From assembly GCA_964016885.1 (NCBI GenBank), contig OZ024752.1, forward strand, positions 6,634,001 through 6,698,000: a stretch of DNA of 64,000 nucleotides. The letters are read 5' to 3'. The notes below the pieces were generated by a model. The model did not search any database, had not been told where the DNA came from, and saw nothing but the letters and a program-made list of their open reading frames with translations. Below, piece after piece: positions 24,164 to 36,840 of the stretch (the first letter of the stretch is position 1; every line of letters starts with the position of its first letter). A program made the translations under genes and the position numbers. The stretch comes from Eledone cirrhosa (lineage: Eukaryota).

Positions 24164-26299
24164 CCCTTTAGCATTTAAACCGGCCGCATCCGGCCAGAAT
24201 TCTCTCTCCTCTTTCTCTCTATAACGGTCATAACCAGCGACTCATACTGACATTAAGGTATTATTCTCAAAATAAATATTATGTGAGATATTATGTGAGG
24301 TAAAGCCTTTACTGTGAAAATACAATAGTATATATAGAGTAATGTAAATATTATGTGAGATATTATGTGAGGTAAAGCCTTTACTGTGAAAATACAATAG
24401 TATATATAGAGTAATGTAAATGTTATGTGAGATATTATGTGAGGTAAAGCCCTTACCATGAAAATACAATAGTATATATAGAGTAATGTAAATGTTATGT
24501 GAGATATTATGTGAGGTAAAGCCCTTACCATGAAAATACAATAGTATATATAGAGTAATGTAAATGTTATGTGAGATATTATGTGAGGTAAAGCCCTTAC
24601 CATGAAAATACAATAGTATATATAGAGTAATGTAAATGTTATGTGAGATATTATGTGAGGTAAAGCCTTTACTGTGAAAATACAATAGTATATATAGAGT
24701 AATGTAAATGTTATGTGAGATATTATGTGAGGTAAAGCCCTTACCATGAAAATACAATAGTATATATAGAGTAATGTAAATGTTATGTGAGATATTATGT
24801 GAGGTAAAGCCTTTACTGTGAAAATACAATAGTATATATAGAGTAATGTAAATGTTATGTGAGATATTATGTGAGGTAAAGCCCTTACCATGAAAATACA
24901 ATAGTATATATAGAGTAATGTAAATGTTATGTGAGATATTATGTGAGGTAAAGCCTTTACTGTGAAAATACAATAGTATATATAGAGTAATGTAAATGTT
25001 ATGTGAGATATTATGTGAGGTAAAGCCCTTACCATGAAAATACAATAGTATATATAGAGTAATGTAAATGTTATGTGAGATATTATGTGAGGTAAAGCCC
25101 TTACCATGAAAATACAATAGTATATATAGAGTAATGTAAATGTTATGTGAGATATTATGTGAGGTAAAGCCTTTACTGTGAAAATACAATAGTATATATA
25201 GAGTAATGTAAATGTTATGTGAGATATTATGTGAGGTAAAGCCCTTACCATGAAAATACAATAGTATATATAGAGTAATGTAAATGTTATGTGAGATATT
25301 ATGTGAGGTAAAGCCTTTACTGTGAAAATACAATAGTATATATAGAGTAATGTAAATGTTATGTGAGATATTATGTGAGGTAAAGCCTTTACTGTGAAAA
25401 TACAATAGTATATATAGAGTAATGTAAATGTTATGTGAGATATTATGTGAGGTAAAGCCCTTACCATGAAAATACAATAGTATATATAGAGTAATGTAAA
25501 TGTTATGTGAGATATTATGTGAGGTAAAGCCTTTACTGTGAAAATACAATAGTATATATAGAGTAATGTAAATGTTATGTGAGATATTATGTGAGGTAAA
25601 GCCCTTACCATGAAAATACAATAGTATATATAGAGTAATGTAAATGTTATGTGAGATATTATGTGAGGTAAAGCCTTTACTGTGAAAATACAATAGTATA
25701 TATAGAGTAATGTAAATGTTATGTGAGATATTATGAGAAGTAAAGCCTTTACTGTGAAAATACAATAGTATATATAGAGTAATGTAAATGTTATGTGAGA
25801 TATTATGTGAGGTAAAGCCCTTACCATGAAAATACAATAGTATATATAGAGTAATGTAAATGTTATGTGAGATATTATGTGAGGTAAAGCCTTTACTGTG
25901 AAAATACAATAGTATATATAGAGTAATGTAAATGTTATGTGAGATATTATGAGAAGTAAAGCCTTTACTGTGAAAATACAATAGTATATATAGAGTAATG
26001 TAAATGTTATGTGAGATATTATGTGAGGTAAAGCCTTTACTGTGACAATACAATAGTATATATAGAGTAATGTAAATGTTATGTGAGATATGTGAGGTAA
26101 AGCCTTTACTGTGAAAATACAGTAGTATATATAGAGTAATGTAAATGTTATGTGAGATATTATGTGAGGTAAAGCCTTTACTGTGAAAATACAATAGTAT
26201 ATATAGAGTAATGTAAATGTTATGTGAGATATTATGTGAGGTAAAGCCTTTACTGTGAAAATACAATAGTATATATAGAGTAATGTAAATGCTAAAGGG
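24164..26299. mobile_element. piggyBac-like MITE expanded by a ~28 x 72-bp array
   Basis: TTAA and TIRs intact at both ends; array ~24277-26291 explains the 674-aa and 524-aa pseudo-ORFs. Confidence 0.92.
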
Positions 26300-26609
26300 T
26301 TAAGAAATTATTTGCTGTCAATACAGGAGAACATTTCTATATTAAAGAAGACTATTGTTATAAAAATACCATGTTGTTTTCTATAACCTTTTACCATTTA
26401 AACCAGCCATATCCGGCCAGACTTCCCTCACCTCTGTCTGTTTAAACCGGCTGTAACCGGCCGCTTATACTGATGTTAAGGTATTTTTCTCAAAATAAAT
26501 AATATCAAAATCTCATAGATTTGATATTATGTGAGATAATTATGTGAAAATATGATAGTAAATATAGAGCAATGTGACCCTACTCTTATCATACTAAACT
26601 GACCCACAA

Positions 26610-27662
26610 TATTATAGAACCTATAACATTATAGAACCTATAACATTATAGAACCTATCACATTATAGAACCTATCACATTATAGAACCTATCACATTAT
26701 AGAACCTATCACATTATAGAACCTATCACATTATAGAACCTATAACATTGTAATACCTATCACATTATAGAACCTATCACATTATAGAACCTATAACATT
26801 GTAATACCTATCACATTATAGAACCTATCACATTATAGAACCTATCACATTATAGAACCTATAACATTATAGAACCTATAACATTGTAATACCTATCACA
26901 TTATAGAACCTATCACATTATAGAACCTATCACATTATAGAACCTATAACATTATAGAACCTATAACATTGTAATACCTATAACATTATAGAACCTATAA
27001 CATTATAGAACCTATAACATTGTAATACCTATAACATTATAGACCCTATAACATTATAGAACCTATAACATTGTAATACCTATCACATTATAGAACCTAT
27101 CACATTATAGAACCTATAACATTATAGAGCCTATAACGTTATAGAGCCTATAACATAGTACCATAACATTATAGAACCTATAATATTACAGAACCTATAA
27201 TATTACAGAACCTATAACATTATAGAACCTATAACATTATAGGGCCTATAACATTATAGGGCCTATAACATTATAGATGTCATGACATTATAGTACCTAT
27301 AACATTATAGAGTCTATAACATTATAGTACCTATAACATTATAGATGTCATGACATTATAGTACCTATAACATTATAGAGTCTATAACATTATAGTACCT
27401 ATAACATTATAGAGTCTATAACATTATAGTACCTATAACATTATAGAGTCTATAACATTATAGTACCTATAACATTATAGGGCCTATAACATTATAGATG
27501 TCATGACATAGTACCTATAACATTATAGAGTCTATAACATTATAGTACCTATAACATTATAGATGTCATGACATTATAGTACCTATAACATTATAGAGTC
27601 TATAACATTATAGTACCTATAACATTATAGAGTCTATAACATTATAGAACCTATAAGATTAT
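26610..27662. repeat. 17-bp minisatellite (CATTATAGAACCTATAA, ~60 copies)
   Basis: 17-bp period; variant composition changes from left to right. Confidence 0.95.
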
Positions 27663-27946
27663 ACAGTTGTCATTCTCCTCCATCTATTGTCATGTATCTG
27701 TGACATTATACTTATCAACCTCCATGCCCTATCAAGGGTAGAAAGGGCTCTTCAGTTGAGTCAATAACTAACAACCCCTCCCTAGTGCTGGTTCCACCCA
27801 ATATAGGTGGTTGGTGTTAGGAAGGTCATCCAGAAACCATGATAAGGTTGAGAGAATTCTTTAATAGTGCTAAGGGAGAAACAACTCTAGCATTCATGAC
27901 ACAATAAAATGCACTCAATACACTCTGTAAAGTGATTGGTGATAGG

Positions 27947-28241
27947 CAAGGGCCTTGTTTCAGCGGGGTACCAGGGGACAAGCCCCCCCCCCACACACAC
28001 ACACACACACTTTTTCAAACGTCTATGTTTTATTTTTTGTTTATTTGATATAATAAATTCTTTTTAAGCTTTTTTTTTTAATATATCTGAACTTCATTTT
28101 GAATATATCAAATTTAATTAACATAAAATGTTACTTATGTGATAGGGTCCAGGAAAGGCACCATAAGCAATTTATGCTCCTTTAAGAATCAACAAATGTT
28201 GGTTTTTTCCCCTCACATCTTTAAGGCAAACAAGGCCCCTG
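27947..28241. mobile_element. hAT-like MITE
   Basis: TIRs CAAGGGCCTTGTTT/AAACAAGGCCCCTG (13/14); perfect 8-bp TSD GTGATAGG (27939-46, 28242-49); interrupts an RTE-tail repeat. Confidence 0.85.
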
Positions 28242-29504
28242 GTGATAGGAAGGGTGTCTAACTGTAGAAAATTTGCCAAACAAAGAAGACTTTTTCAGTT
28301 GTGTGAAGGACATAATATCTTTCGTGCTGGTACCATGATAAAGTTGCATCCTGCTGCACTCTGTAGAGTGCAGGAATGTATGTAAGTGAGACAAGTTCCC
28401 GGCCCAACTGAGAGGTCGGTAGCTCTGATTAAGTATTGACTTGGTCTATGATAACCCAGGGTTAGGGTTATAGAAGGGAAAACTGAGGTTAGATGATAAG
28501 ATGTTGATGAAACCTATCTTAACTATACACAGACAAACCCATCTCTTCAGTGCAATAATTTATCCAAGAGTGATTAAAAAAAAAAAACCCTCAAAAAACT
28601 GTCAACCGAAATATAGGACATCACACATAAATGTAGACAGTTTCTTAGAAAAACAAAGCTGCTGTTTTTATTATTGTTATTATTCAGGTTATTTTATTAT
28701 CACAATATAAAGTAAAAAAGATGGAGAAAATGAAAAGTCAACAATGTTACAATAATATCTAGAATAATATTCCTGTTTCATGCAAACATAAGTTGGGGGA
28801 TGAATTGATGTTCAAAATTTGGGAGTTATTGAATTATACTACACATACATACATACACACACACACATACATACAGGTATACATACAAGCATACATACAT
28901 ACATACATATACACACATACATATACACACACACACATATTCATACATACATACACACACATACACACACACATACACATACATATACACACACAGGCAT
29001 ACACATGCACACACACATACACACACAGGCATACACATACACACATACAGGCATACACACACACATACATACATACAGGCATACACACTCACATACATAC
29101 ACACATACATACACACACGCAAGCATACACACACATACATACATACATGCATACACACACACATACATACAGGCATACACTTACATACACACATGTATGT
29201 AATATATATGTAATATGCTCTGAAAATACAATATATAAATGTGTTTATAGAGCTTGAGTGATTTTAAGTTTCACCTCTAGGGGTTTATTTAAATAGCATT
29301 TAAATAAGCCCCTCTATATAATTCATTTGTCTTATTACCAGTTATCAGTAAATATTTGTTATTTGTTGTTAAACAACTCTCTCTCAATATATATGTATGT
29401 ATGTGTGTATGTCAGGTCACCAGTTGGTGCTACTGGTAACATGTATTCCAGTACAACCTGTCTCATGGTCGGATCATTGGCGACTAAACTGGCAACCCCA
29501 CCAA

Positions 29505-29776
29505 GGTTTCCTGGATTTCTGGATGCCCTTCCTAACCCCGACCTCATTTACAGTGAATACTGGGTGCTTTTTTGCCGTGGCACCTCTACGTCCACTTTGC
29601 AGTGGAATGATAGGGACCCCAGTCCCTATCATCTCATTTCTACAGCTGAGTAAACTGGAGCAATGTGAAATAAAGTGTCTTGCTCAAGGAAACAACACAT
29701 CACCCAGTCTGAGAATTGAACTCACAACCTTTCGATTGCAAGGCCAATGCTCTAACCACTAAGCCATATGCCTCCA
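29505..29776 (-). mobile_element. CORE-SINE: tRNA head + CORE + hairpin + RTE-derived tail
   Basis: A-box TGGCTTAGTGG, B-box GTTCAATTC, CORE-like CCTTGAGCAAGACACTT...CAGTTTACTCAGCTGTAGAAATG, hairpin ATGATAGGGAC/GTCCCTATCAT, tail GTTAGGAAGGGCATCCAG. Confidence 0.85.
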
Positions 29777-29841
29777 TATATATATATATATATATAGTGA
29801 CGAAATATAAGTCAATTGCATGAACTCATAATCCTTTATTT

Positions 29842-29897
29842 ACTGCTATATATATTTCGATGATAGCCATTGAATGGCTATGACCTCATCAGGCAGT
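29842..29897 (-). ncRNA. Type I hammerhead ribozyme (family A copy 2)
   Basis: Reverse complement of 7063-7118 with an identical core and stems; lies within element 29797-29953. Confidence 0.88.
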
Positions 29898-29950
29898 TAG
29901 TTAGTTCTTAGATATGCCAGCTCTGTGTGTATAGTGTTGATGGTATCAGA

Positions 29951-29998
<48 letters not shown>

Positions 29999-30041
29999 AA
30001 TACAAGGACAATTTGTTATGTCTTCATCATGTTTATTGATT

Positions 30042-30126
30042 GGTGACGCGTGTTTCGTTATTGATCAGCTCAAGGTTTGATCTGTATCGATCTGGCCCGA
30101 CTATGGAATCAACAGCTCGTCGGACC
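30042..30126 (-). ncRNA. Degenerate type I hammerhead (family C, long stem II)
   Basis: Minus strand reads GGT-CCGACGA-GCTGTTGAT...ATCAATAAC-GAAAC-ACGC-GTC-ACC. The core has U4>C. The sister fragment at 23303-23370 has ATCAATAGC, which restores full stem II pairing. Confidence 0.6.
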
Positions 30127-30238
30127 TCTGCTGTGGTAATGACAGAATGAACATATAAAGCATAGAAATGTCTGTAACAGTTTGCGTACATATGGTGTGC
30201 TCACCTAGGTGAACCTACAGTAACTACATGTTACACTC

Positions 30239-30299
<61 letters not shown>

Positions 30300-30330
30300 G
30301 CTGGATTCTTCAAATTATAGAAGCTGGATT

Positions 30331-30375
<45 letters not shown>

Positions 30376-30377
<2 letters not shown>

Positions 30378-30554
30378 CGATGGAAATGTGGTAAGGAACC
30401 AGGTGGACCATAACGCACCAAAGTACTCAATACTTAGGGTAGTAGAGTGGGTAATAGGAACGATTAGGACCCCGACGGCTGAGCTCAAGCTAATTCTGAG
30501 TCCAGAATTAGCCGTCGAAACGGCTTGAGCTCAGCCGTCGGGGTCCTACTTGTT

Positions 30555-30560
<6 letters not shown>
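30376..30560 (-). mobile_element. Family G hairpin element copy 2
   Basis: Same sequence and end points as 22979-23168; GAAAC-GGCT-tgagctc-AGCC-GTC; (TA)n on both sides. Confidence 0.75.
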
Positions 30561-30609
<49 letters not shown>

Positions 30610-30914
30610 AGTTGAATTACAGAACCTATAAATTATTCCTTTTAATGTGTTTATATTTATCTAGTAACTTCTGTCTTAAGTTTATGTAGACACCATTATT
30701 ATATTCCAAACAACTTCTTCATAATTCCAAAAAGTTTATTATGTTACTAAATCCCTCCAAATTCTTCATTATTTTCCAAAATATTTGAAAATATGAACTG
30801 AGCCACGTACTCCCCTGCTTTCGCGGAAAATTATAGAAGCTGGATTCTTATATATATATATATATTATAGAAGCTGGATTCTTATATATATATATAAGAA
30901 TCCAGCTTCTATAA

Positions 30915-31005
30915 TTTTCGGCGAAAGCAGGGGAGTACGTGGCTCTGATGAACGCCAACCAGCGTGAAACAGACTGTCAACTTCTCTCCCTTCTTTCGCT
31001 GAAAA
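30915..31005 (+). ncRNA. Type I hammerhead ribozyme (family D) with long extended stem I
   Basis: CTGATGA 30945-51; stem II ACGC/GCGT; GAAAC-AGACT-GTC (cleavage at 30978); proximal stem I GGCT/AACT has one mismatch; distal helix TTTTCGGCGAAAG.AGGG/CCCT.CTTTCGCTGAAAA. Confidence 0.82.
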
Positions 31006-31029
31006 GAAGTGACATAGTCACTACTTTAA

Positions 31030-31429
31030 AACTGATAGTGTCATCATCATCATCATCAGGTTTAGCGTCCGTGTTCCACGCTTGCATGGGTTTGGACGGG
31101 GGTTTTCCCACTTGAGGCAAGAGTGGTTGTCTTGCTCGCATAGGACTGTCTGGCGGGTTTTCTACAGTTGGATGCCCTTCCTAACACCAACCACATTTAC
31201 AGTGTGGGGCTGGGAGGTTTTTACCGTGTTGCCTACATGGCCACATTACAGCGTGGACTGTGTGTTTTTTGTCGTGACACCTACACGATCTCATTTGTTT
31301 CGGCCTGGATGTTGTGGGACCAACATAACTTTACATTGAAAGGGGCGGTGTGGGTGGGGTGGAGGTGGTGGGACGGGGGTGTGTTTTGATAGAGGTGCCT
31401 ACTGACTGTAGTAGGTTTTTACTTTGTAT
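31030..31429 (-). mobile_element. RTE 3' UTR ending in (ATG)n tail
   Basis: Follows the ORF stop; (CAT)n on the plus strand; GGATGCCCTTCCTAACACCAACC motif shared with many dispersed copies. Confidence 0.85.
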
Positions 31430-32305
31430 TTAGGTAAGGCGGGTCTTCTCTATTACTGAGTACCGCCAAAGGTCTCGGTCCAGTGACATTGTCTTGGAGA
31501 GGTGTAAGCGTGTGAGGTCGGAATTTATCAGCTCGTCCCATGTTTTTCTGGGTCTGCCTACTCCGTGGCTACCGTCTATCTTTATTGCCCTGCACTTTGT
31601 TATACAGCTGTCGTCTTTCATGCGCATCACGTGACCGTACCAACGTAGCCTTCTCTCGAGTAAACAACATCTGATCCCTCTTATTTCTAATTTTTTCCTT
31701 AGTTCGTTTATGCTTTGCCGTTCACGTATATTACTATTGCACATCCAGCGGAGCATGCAAGCTTCGTTCCTCTCTAGTCTGCGTATATCCTCTGCACACA
31801 ATGCCCAGGTCTCACTGCCATGCAGCATTGCTGTTCGTATGCAGGCATCGTATAACCTGCCTTTCATTTTTAGGGAGAACCCTCTAGCGGCTAATAGTGG
31901 TATAAGCTCTCTGAACTTTTTCCATCCAGTTCTGACTCTAGCTACTGTACTTTCAGAGCACCCTCCCCCACTGCTGATTTTGTCACCCAGATAACGGAAG
32001 CTGTCCACTATTTCTATAGAACCCTCTGCGCAGTTGAAGGAGCTAGTATTTTGTGGGCACTTGCTGCTACTTATTGCACCAGAGCACCGGCCACATGTAA
32101 AATCTATGTTCTTAGTTAGCTTACCTGTGATCCCACTACATCTTTTATGCACCCATACTTTGCATTTGGGACATAAAATGGAGTTTCTACCTACGCCTTT
32201 CCTACACACTGAGCATGGCCATTTCCCCGATGGGACCGCCGCCTTATTTTCTTTCCTACAAACTAGAACTTTAGTCTTAGCCAGGTTAATTTTAAGGCCT
32301 TTTGT
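31430..32305 (-). mobile_element. RTE-clade LINE ORF2 C-terminal part (end of RT, PHD-like finger, C-terminal region), uninterrupted frame
   Basis: KGLKINLAKTK...FRYLG...MLHGSETW...RLRWYGHVMRM...GRPRKTW are typical RTE motifs. The frame stays open upstream of the ORF-track start at 32209. 5'-truncated. Confidence 0.93.
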
Positions 32306-32737
32306 GTATGGTCGATAAATGTTTTTAATTAAACATACGGTATATTGCCAAATATACTATACATACATTCATATATATAGCATAATTAGATATGTGGTTA
32401 AGAACGGTTTGAGAAAGCTGGTATAATGCCAATAGGAAATACAAGAGTGAAACTAGAGAGAAGAAGGACAGAACAGTTTCTACGTTATATTTCATATTTA
32501 GAAGTTAGGTTTGTTGTTAGAAACCAAACAAAGAACCACTTCTAAGAAGACTCCATTATTTTCTCTCCCATTAAGAAGTTCCATTAAATATAATGAAATA
32601 AAAGGTAGAATCTATTATTTTGTGTTGTCCTCCTTACTCTAGTTTCACCATATTTCTTGTTGGAATTGTACCAGATTGCCAAATACATTCTTAACCACTA
32701 TACACACACACACACACATGTACACACACACAGACAC

Positions 32738-32794
<57 letters not shown>

Positions 32795-33599
32795 CACACA
32801 CACACACATGCACACACACACACACACAGACACACACATACACAGACACACCACACACAGACACATACACACACACATGCACACACACAGACACATGTAC
32901 ACACACATAAACACATGTACACACACACACAGACACACACACACACACACAGACATGTACACACACACACATACACATACATACAGACACACAGACACAT
33001 GTACACACACACACACACATTCTGAACACTGTACACAATCATTTTCACTACCCGCCGAGGTCAACTTTGCCTTTCATCCTTACGGGGTCGATAAAATAAA
33101 GTACCAGTAATACACTGGGGTAATTGCTGGCCTTGTGCTAAAAGTAGAAACAATTATTTAAGCACACACAAAGATTCACACACACACACATGCACTTACA
33201 CATACACATGTACTTACACACACACATACACTTACACACACACATGCACTTACACACACACATGTACTTACACACACACATGTACTTACACACACACATG
33301 CACTTACACACACACATCCACTTACACACACAAAAACAAACACATACATAAATATATATTTCAAGAATAGGCTTTGTCACATCATGCCGAATCTCCCTGA
33401 GAACTATCTCATGGGTGGAATGTGTTTGTGGAATGTTCAGCCACTTTCATGTTAATTTCAAGAGTAGGCTTTATCACACCATGCTGAATCTCCCTGAGAG
33501 AAACCCACAATCTGACAATGTGTGAAAGTTGTGTGATGAGTGAATCAAGTAAAAAAATTATCTTATAAACAGACTTGAGTAAATATTTCCTTAACTCCT

Positions 33600-34460
33600 C
33601 CCTCTCCCCCCTCTCTCTCTGTCTCCACCCCCCTTCTATCTCTGTCTCCACCCCCTTCTCTCTCTGTCTCCCCCTTCTCTCTCTCTGTCTCCACCCCCTT
33701 CTCTCTCTGTCTCCACCCCTTTCTCTCTCTGTCTCCACCCCCTTCTCTCTCCATCTCCACCCCTTCTCTCTCCATCTCCACCCCTTCTCTCTCTGTCTCC
33801 CCCCTTCTCTCTCTGTCTCCACCCCTTCTCTCTCTGTCTCCCCCTTCTCTCTCTGTCTCCACCCCTTCTCTCTCTGTCTCCCCCCTTCTCTCTCTGTCTC
33901 CACCCCTTCTCTCTCTGTCTCCCCCTTCTCTCTCTGTCTCCCCCTTCTCTCTCTGTCTCCCCCCTTCTCTCTCTGTCTCCCCCCTTCTCTCTCTGTCTCC
34001 CCCCTTCTCTCTCTGTCTCCACCCCTTCTCTCTCTGTCTCCCCCTTCTCTCTCTGTCTCCCCCCTTCTCTCTCTGTCTCCACCCCTTCTCTCTCTGTCTC
34101 CCCCTTCTCTCTCTGTCTCCCCCCTTCTCTCTCTGTCTCCCCCCTTCTCTCTCTGTCTCCCCCCTTCTCTCTCTCTCTCCCCCCTTCTCTCTCTGTCTCC
34201 ACCCCTTCTCTCTCTGTCTCCCCCTTCTCTCTCTGTCTCCCCCTTCTCTCTCTGTCTCCCCCCTTCTCTCTCTCTCTCCCCCCTTCTCTCTCTGTCTCCA
34301 CCCCTTCTCTCTCTGTCTCCCCCTTCTCTCTCTGTCTCCCCCCTTCTCTCTCTGTCTCCCCCCTTCTCTCTCTGTCTCCCCCTTCTCTCTCTGTCTCCCC
34401 CCTTCTCTCTCTCTCTCCCCCCTTCTCTCTCTGTCTCCACCCCTTCTCTCTGTCCCTCTC
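33600..34460. repeat. ~20-bp polypyrimidine minisatellite (CCCCTTCTCTCTCTGTCTCC)
   Basis: Direct observation. Confidence 0.95.
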
Positions 34461-34529
34461 TCCGGTAATATTAACAACATTACCTTTCACTACACTCAGA
34501 CAGGGACTCACACAGAGGCAGACACACAG

Positions 34530-34577
<48 letters not shown>

Positions 34578-34742
34578 GCAGAGGCTGGTAGACACACAGA
34601 CAGACATACAGACATACATACACACACACACACACAGAGGCTGGTAGACACACAGACTGACACACACACACACACAGAGGCTGGCAGACACACAGACTGT
34701 CACAGACATACACACACACAGAGGCTGGCAGACACACAGACT

Positions 34743-34781
<39 letters not shown>

Positions 34782-35012
34782 GCTGGCAGACACACAGACT
34801 GACAGGCTGACAGACTGATAGACAGACAGACAGACAGACAGATAGACAGACAGACTGACACAGACACAATGACTAACTGACAGACAGACACAGACATACA
34901 CACACATTTACACATGCACAGTGAAACACACACAGCTACTACACAACACATTAGCAGAGATATTGTGGTAAAACCAGAGAGAAAATATAAGAAAAATAAT
35001 TTAATATTGAAG

Positions 35013-35069
<57 letters not shown>

Positions 35070-35071
35070 TA

Positions 35072-36240
35072 CATCATCATCATCATCATCGTGTAACGTC
35101 CATCTTCCACGCTAGCATGGGTTTGGACAGGAGTTTTCCCACTTGAGGCAAGAGTGGTTGTCTTGCTCGTATAGGACTGTCTGGCGGGTTTTCTACGGCT
35201 GGATGCCCTTCCTAACACCAACCACGTTTACAGTGTGGGGCTGGGAGGTTTTTACCGTGTTACCCACACGGCCACATTACAGCATGGACTGTCTGGCGGG
35301 TTTTCTACGGCTGGATGCCCTTCTTAACACCAACCACGTTTACAGTGTGGGACTGGGAGGTTTTTACCGTGTTACCCACGCGGCCACATTACAGCGTGGA
35401 CTGTCTGGCGGGTTTTCTACGGCTGGAAGCCCTTCCTAACACCAACCACGTTTACAGTGTGGGGCTGGGAGGTTTTTACCGTGTTACCCACACGGCCACA
35501 TTACAGCGTGGACTGTCTGGCGGGTTTTCTACAGCTGGATGCCCTTCCTAACACCAACCACGTTTACAGTGTGGACTGGGAGGTTTTTACCGTGTTACCC
35601 ACACGGCCACATTACAGCGTGGACTGTCTGGTGGGTTTTCTACGGCTGGATGCCCTTCCTAACACCAACCACATTTACAGTGTGGACTGGGAGATTTTTA
35701 CCGTGTTACCCACACGGCCACATTACAGCGTGGACTGTCTGGCGGGTTTTCTACGGCTGGATGCCCTTCCTAACACCAACCACATTTACAGTGTGGACTG
35801 GGAGGTTTTTACCGTGTTACCCACACGGCCACATTACAGCGTGGACTGTCTGGCGGGTTTTCTACGGCTGGATGCCCTTCCTAACACCAACCACGTTTAC
35901 AGTGTGGGACTGGGAGGTTTTTACCATGTTACCCACACGGCCACATTACAGCGTGGACTGTGTGTTTTTGTCGTGACACCTACATGACCTCATTTGTTTT
36001 GGACTGGATGTTGTGGTACCAACATAACTTTACATTGAAAGGGGCGGTGTGGATGGGGTGGGGGTAGTGGGGCCCGGGGTGTATTTTTGTTAGAGGTGCC
36101 TACTGACTGTAGGTTTCACTTTGTACTTAGGTAAGGCAGGTCTTCTCTATTACTGTGTAGCGCCAAAGATCTCGGTCCAGTGACATTGTCTTGGAGAGGT
36201 GTAAGTGTGTGAGGTCGGAATTTATGAAGTCGTCCCAGGT
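35072..36240 (-). mobile_element. 5'-truncated RTE 3' end with an internal 7 x 111-112 bp tandem array
   Basis: Encodes [28 protein letters not shown], matching 31430-31545; unit starts at 35174, 35286, 35398, 35510, 35621, 35732, 35843. Confidence 0.9.
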
Positions 36241-36426
36241 ATATATATACACATATATATATATACACACATATATATATACACATACATATATACATAT
36301 ACACATACTTACATAAATACATACATACATATATACATACATATATACATACATATATATATATATATACATATACATACATATACATAGATACATATAG
36401 ATACATACATACATACATATACATAC

Positions 36427-36473
<47 letters not shown>

Positions 36474-36840
36474 CATACATATATATATACATACATATAT
36501 ATATACATACATATATATATACATACATATATATATACATACATATATATATACATACATATATATATATATACATACATATATATATACATACATGTAT
36601 ATATACATATATATATACATACATACATGTATATATATATATGCACGGACTAAGAGAAAAAAAATTAAATAAATTTTGACTGACTATTCTTCCATCTTAT
36701 AATTTTATATAACTCTTATTGATAATTATTTATTTAATTCCTTCACTGATCGAACCACACCGTTGAAGGGAGCCAACACTCATATATGTATCTGTGACTA
36801 TGTTTAAATATATCTATGTCCTTATGACTTTATACATATA

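Noticed and set aside
24242-26266. 674-aa and 524-aa ORFs
   Set aside because: Stop-free frames of a 72-bp MITE-derived array.
27720-27762. Hammerhead on the minus strand (CTGAAGA-GCCCT...AGGGC)
   Set aside because: The stem is followed by ATGG rather than GAAA; no stem III or stem I.
29700-29776. tRNA gene
   Set aside because: A/B boxes lead into a CORE domain; this is a SINE head with no complete cloverleaf.
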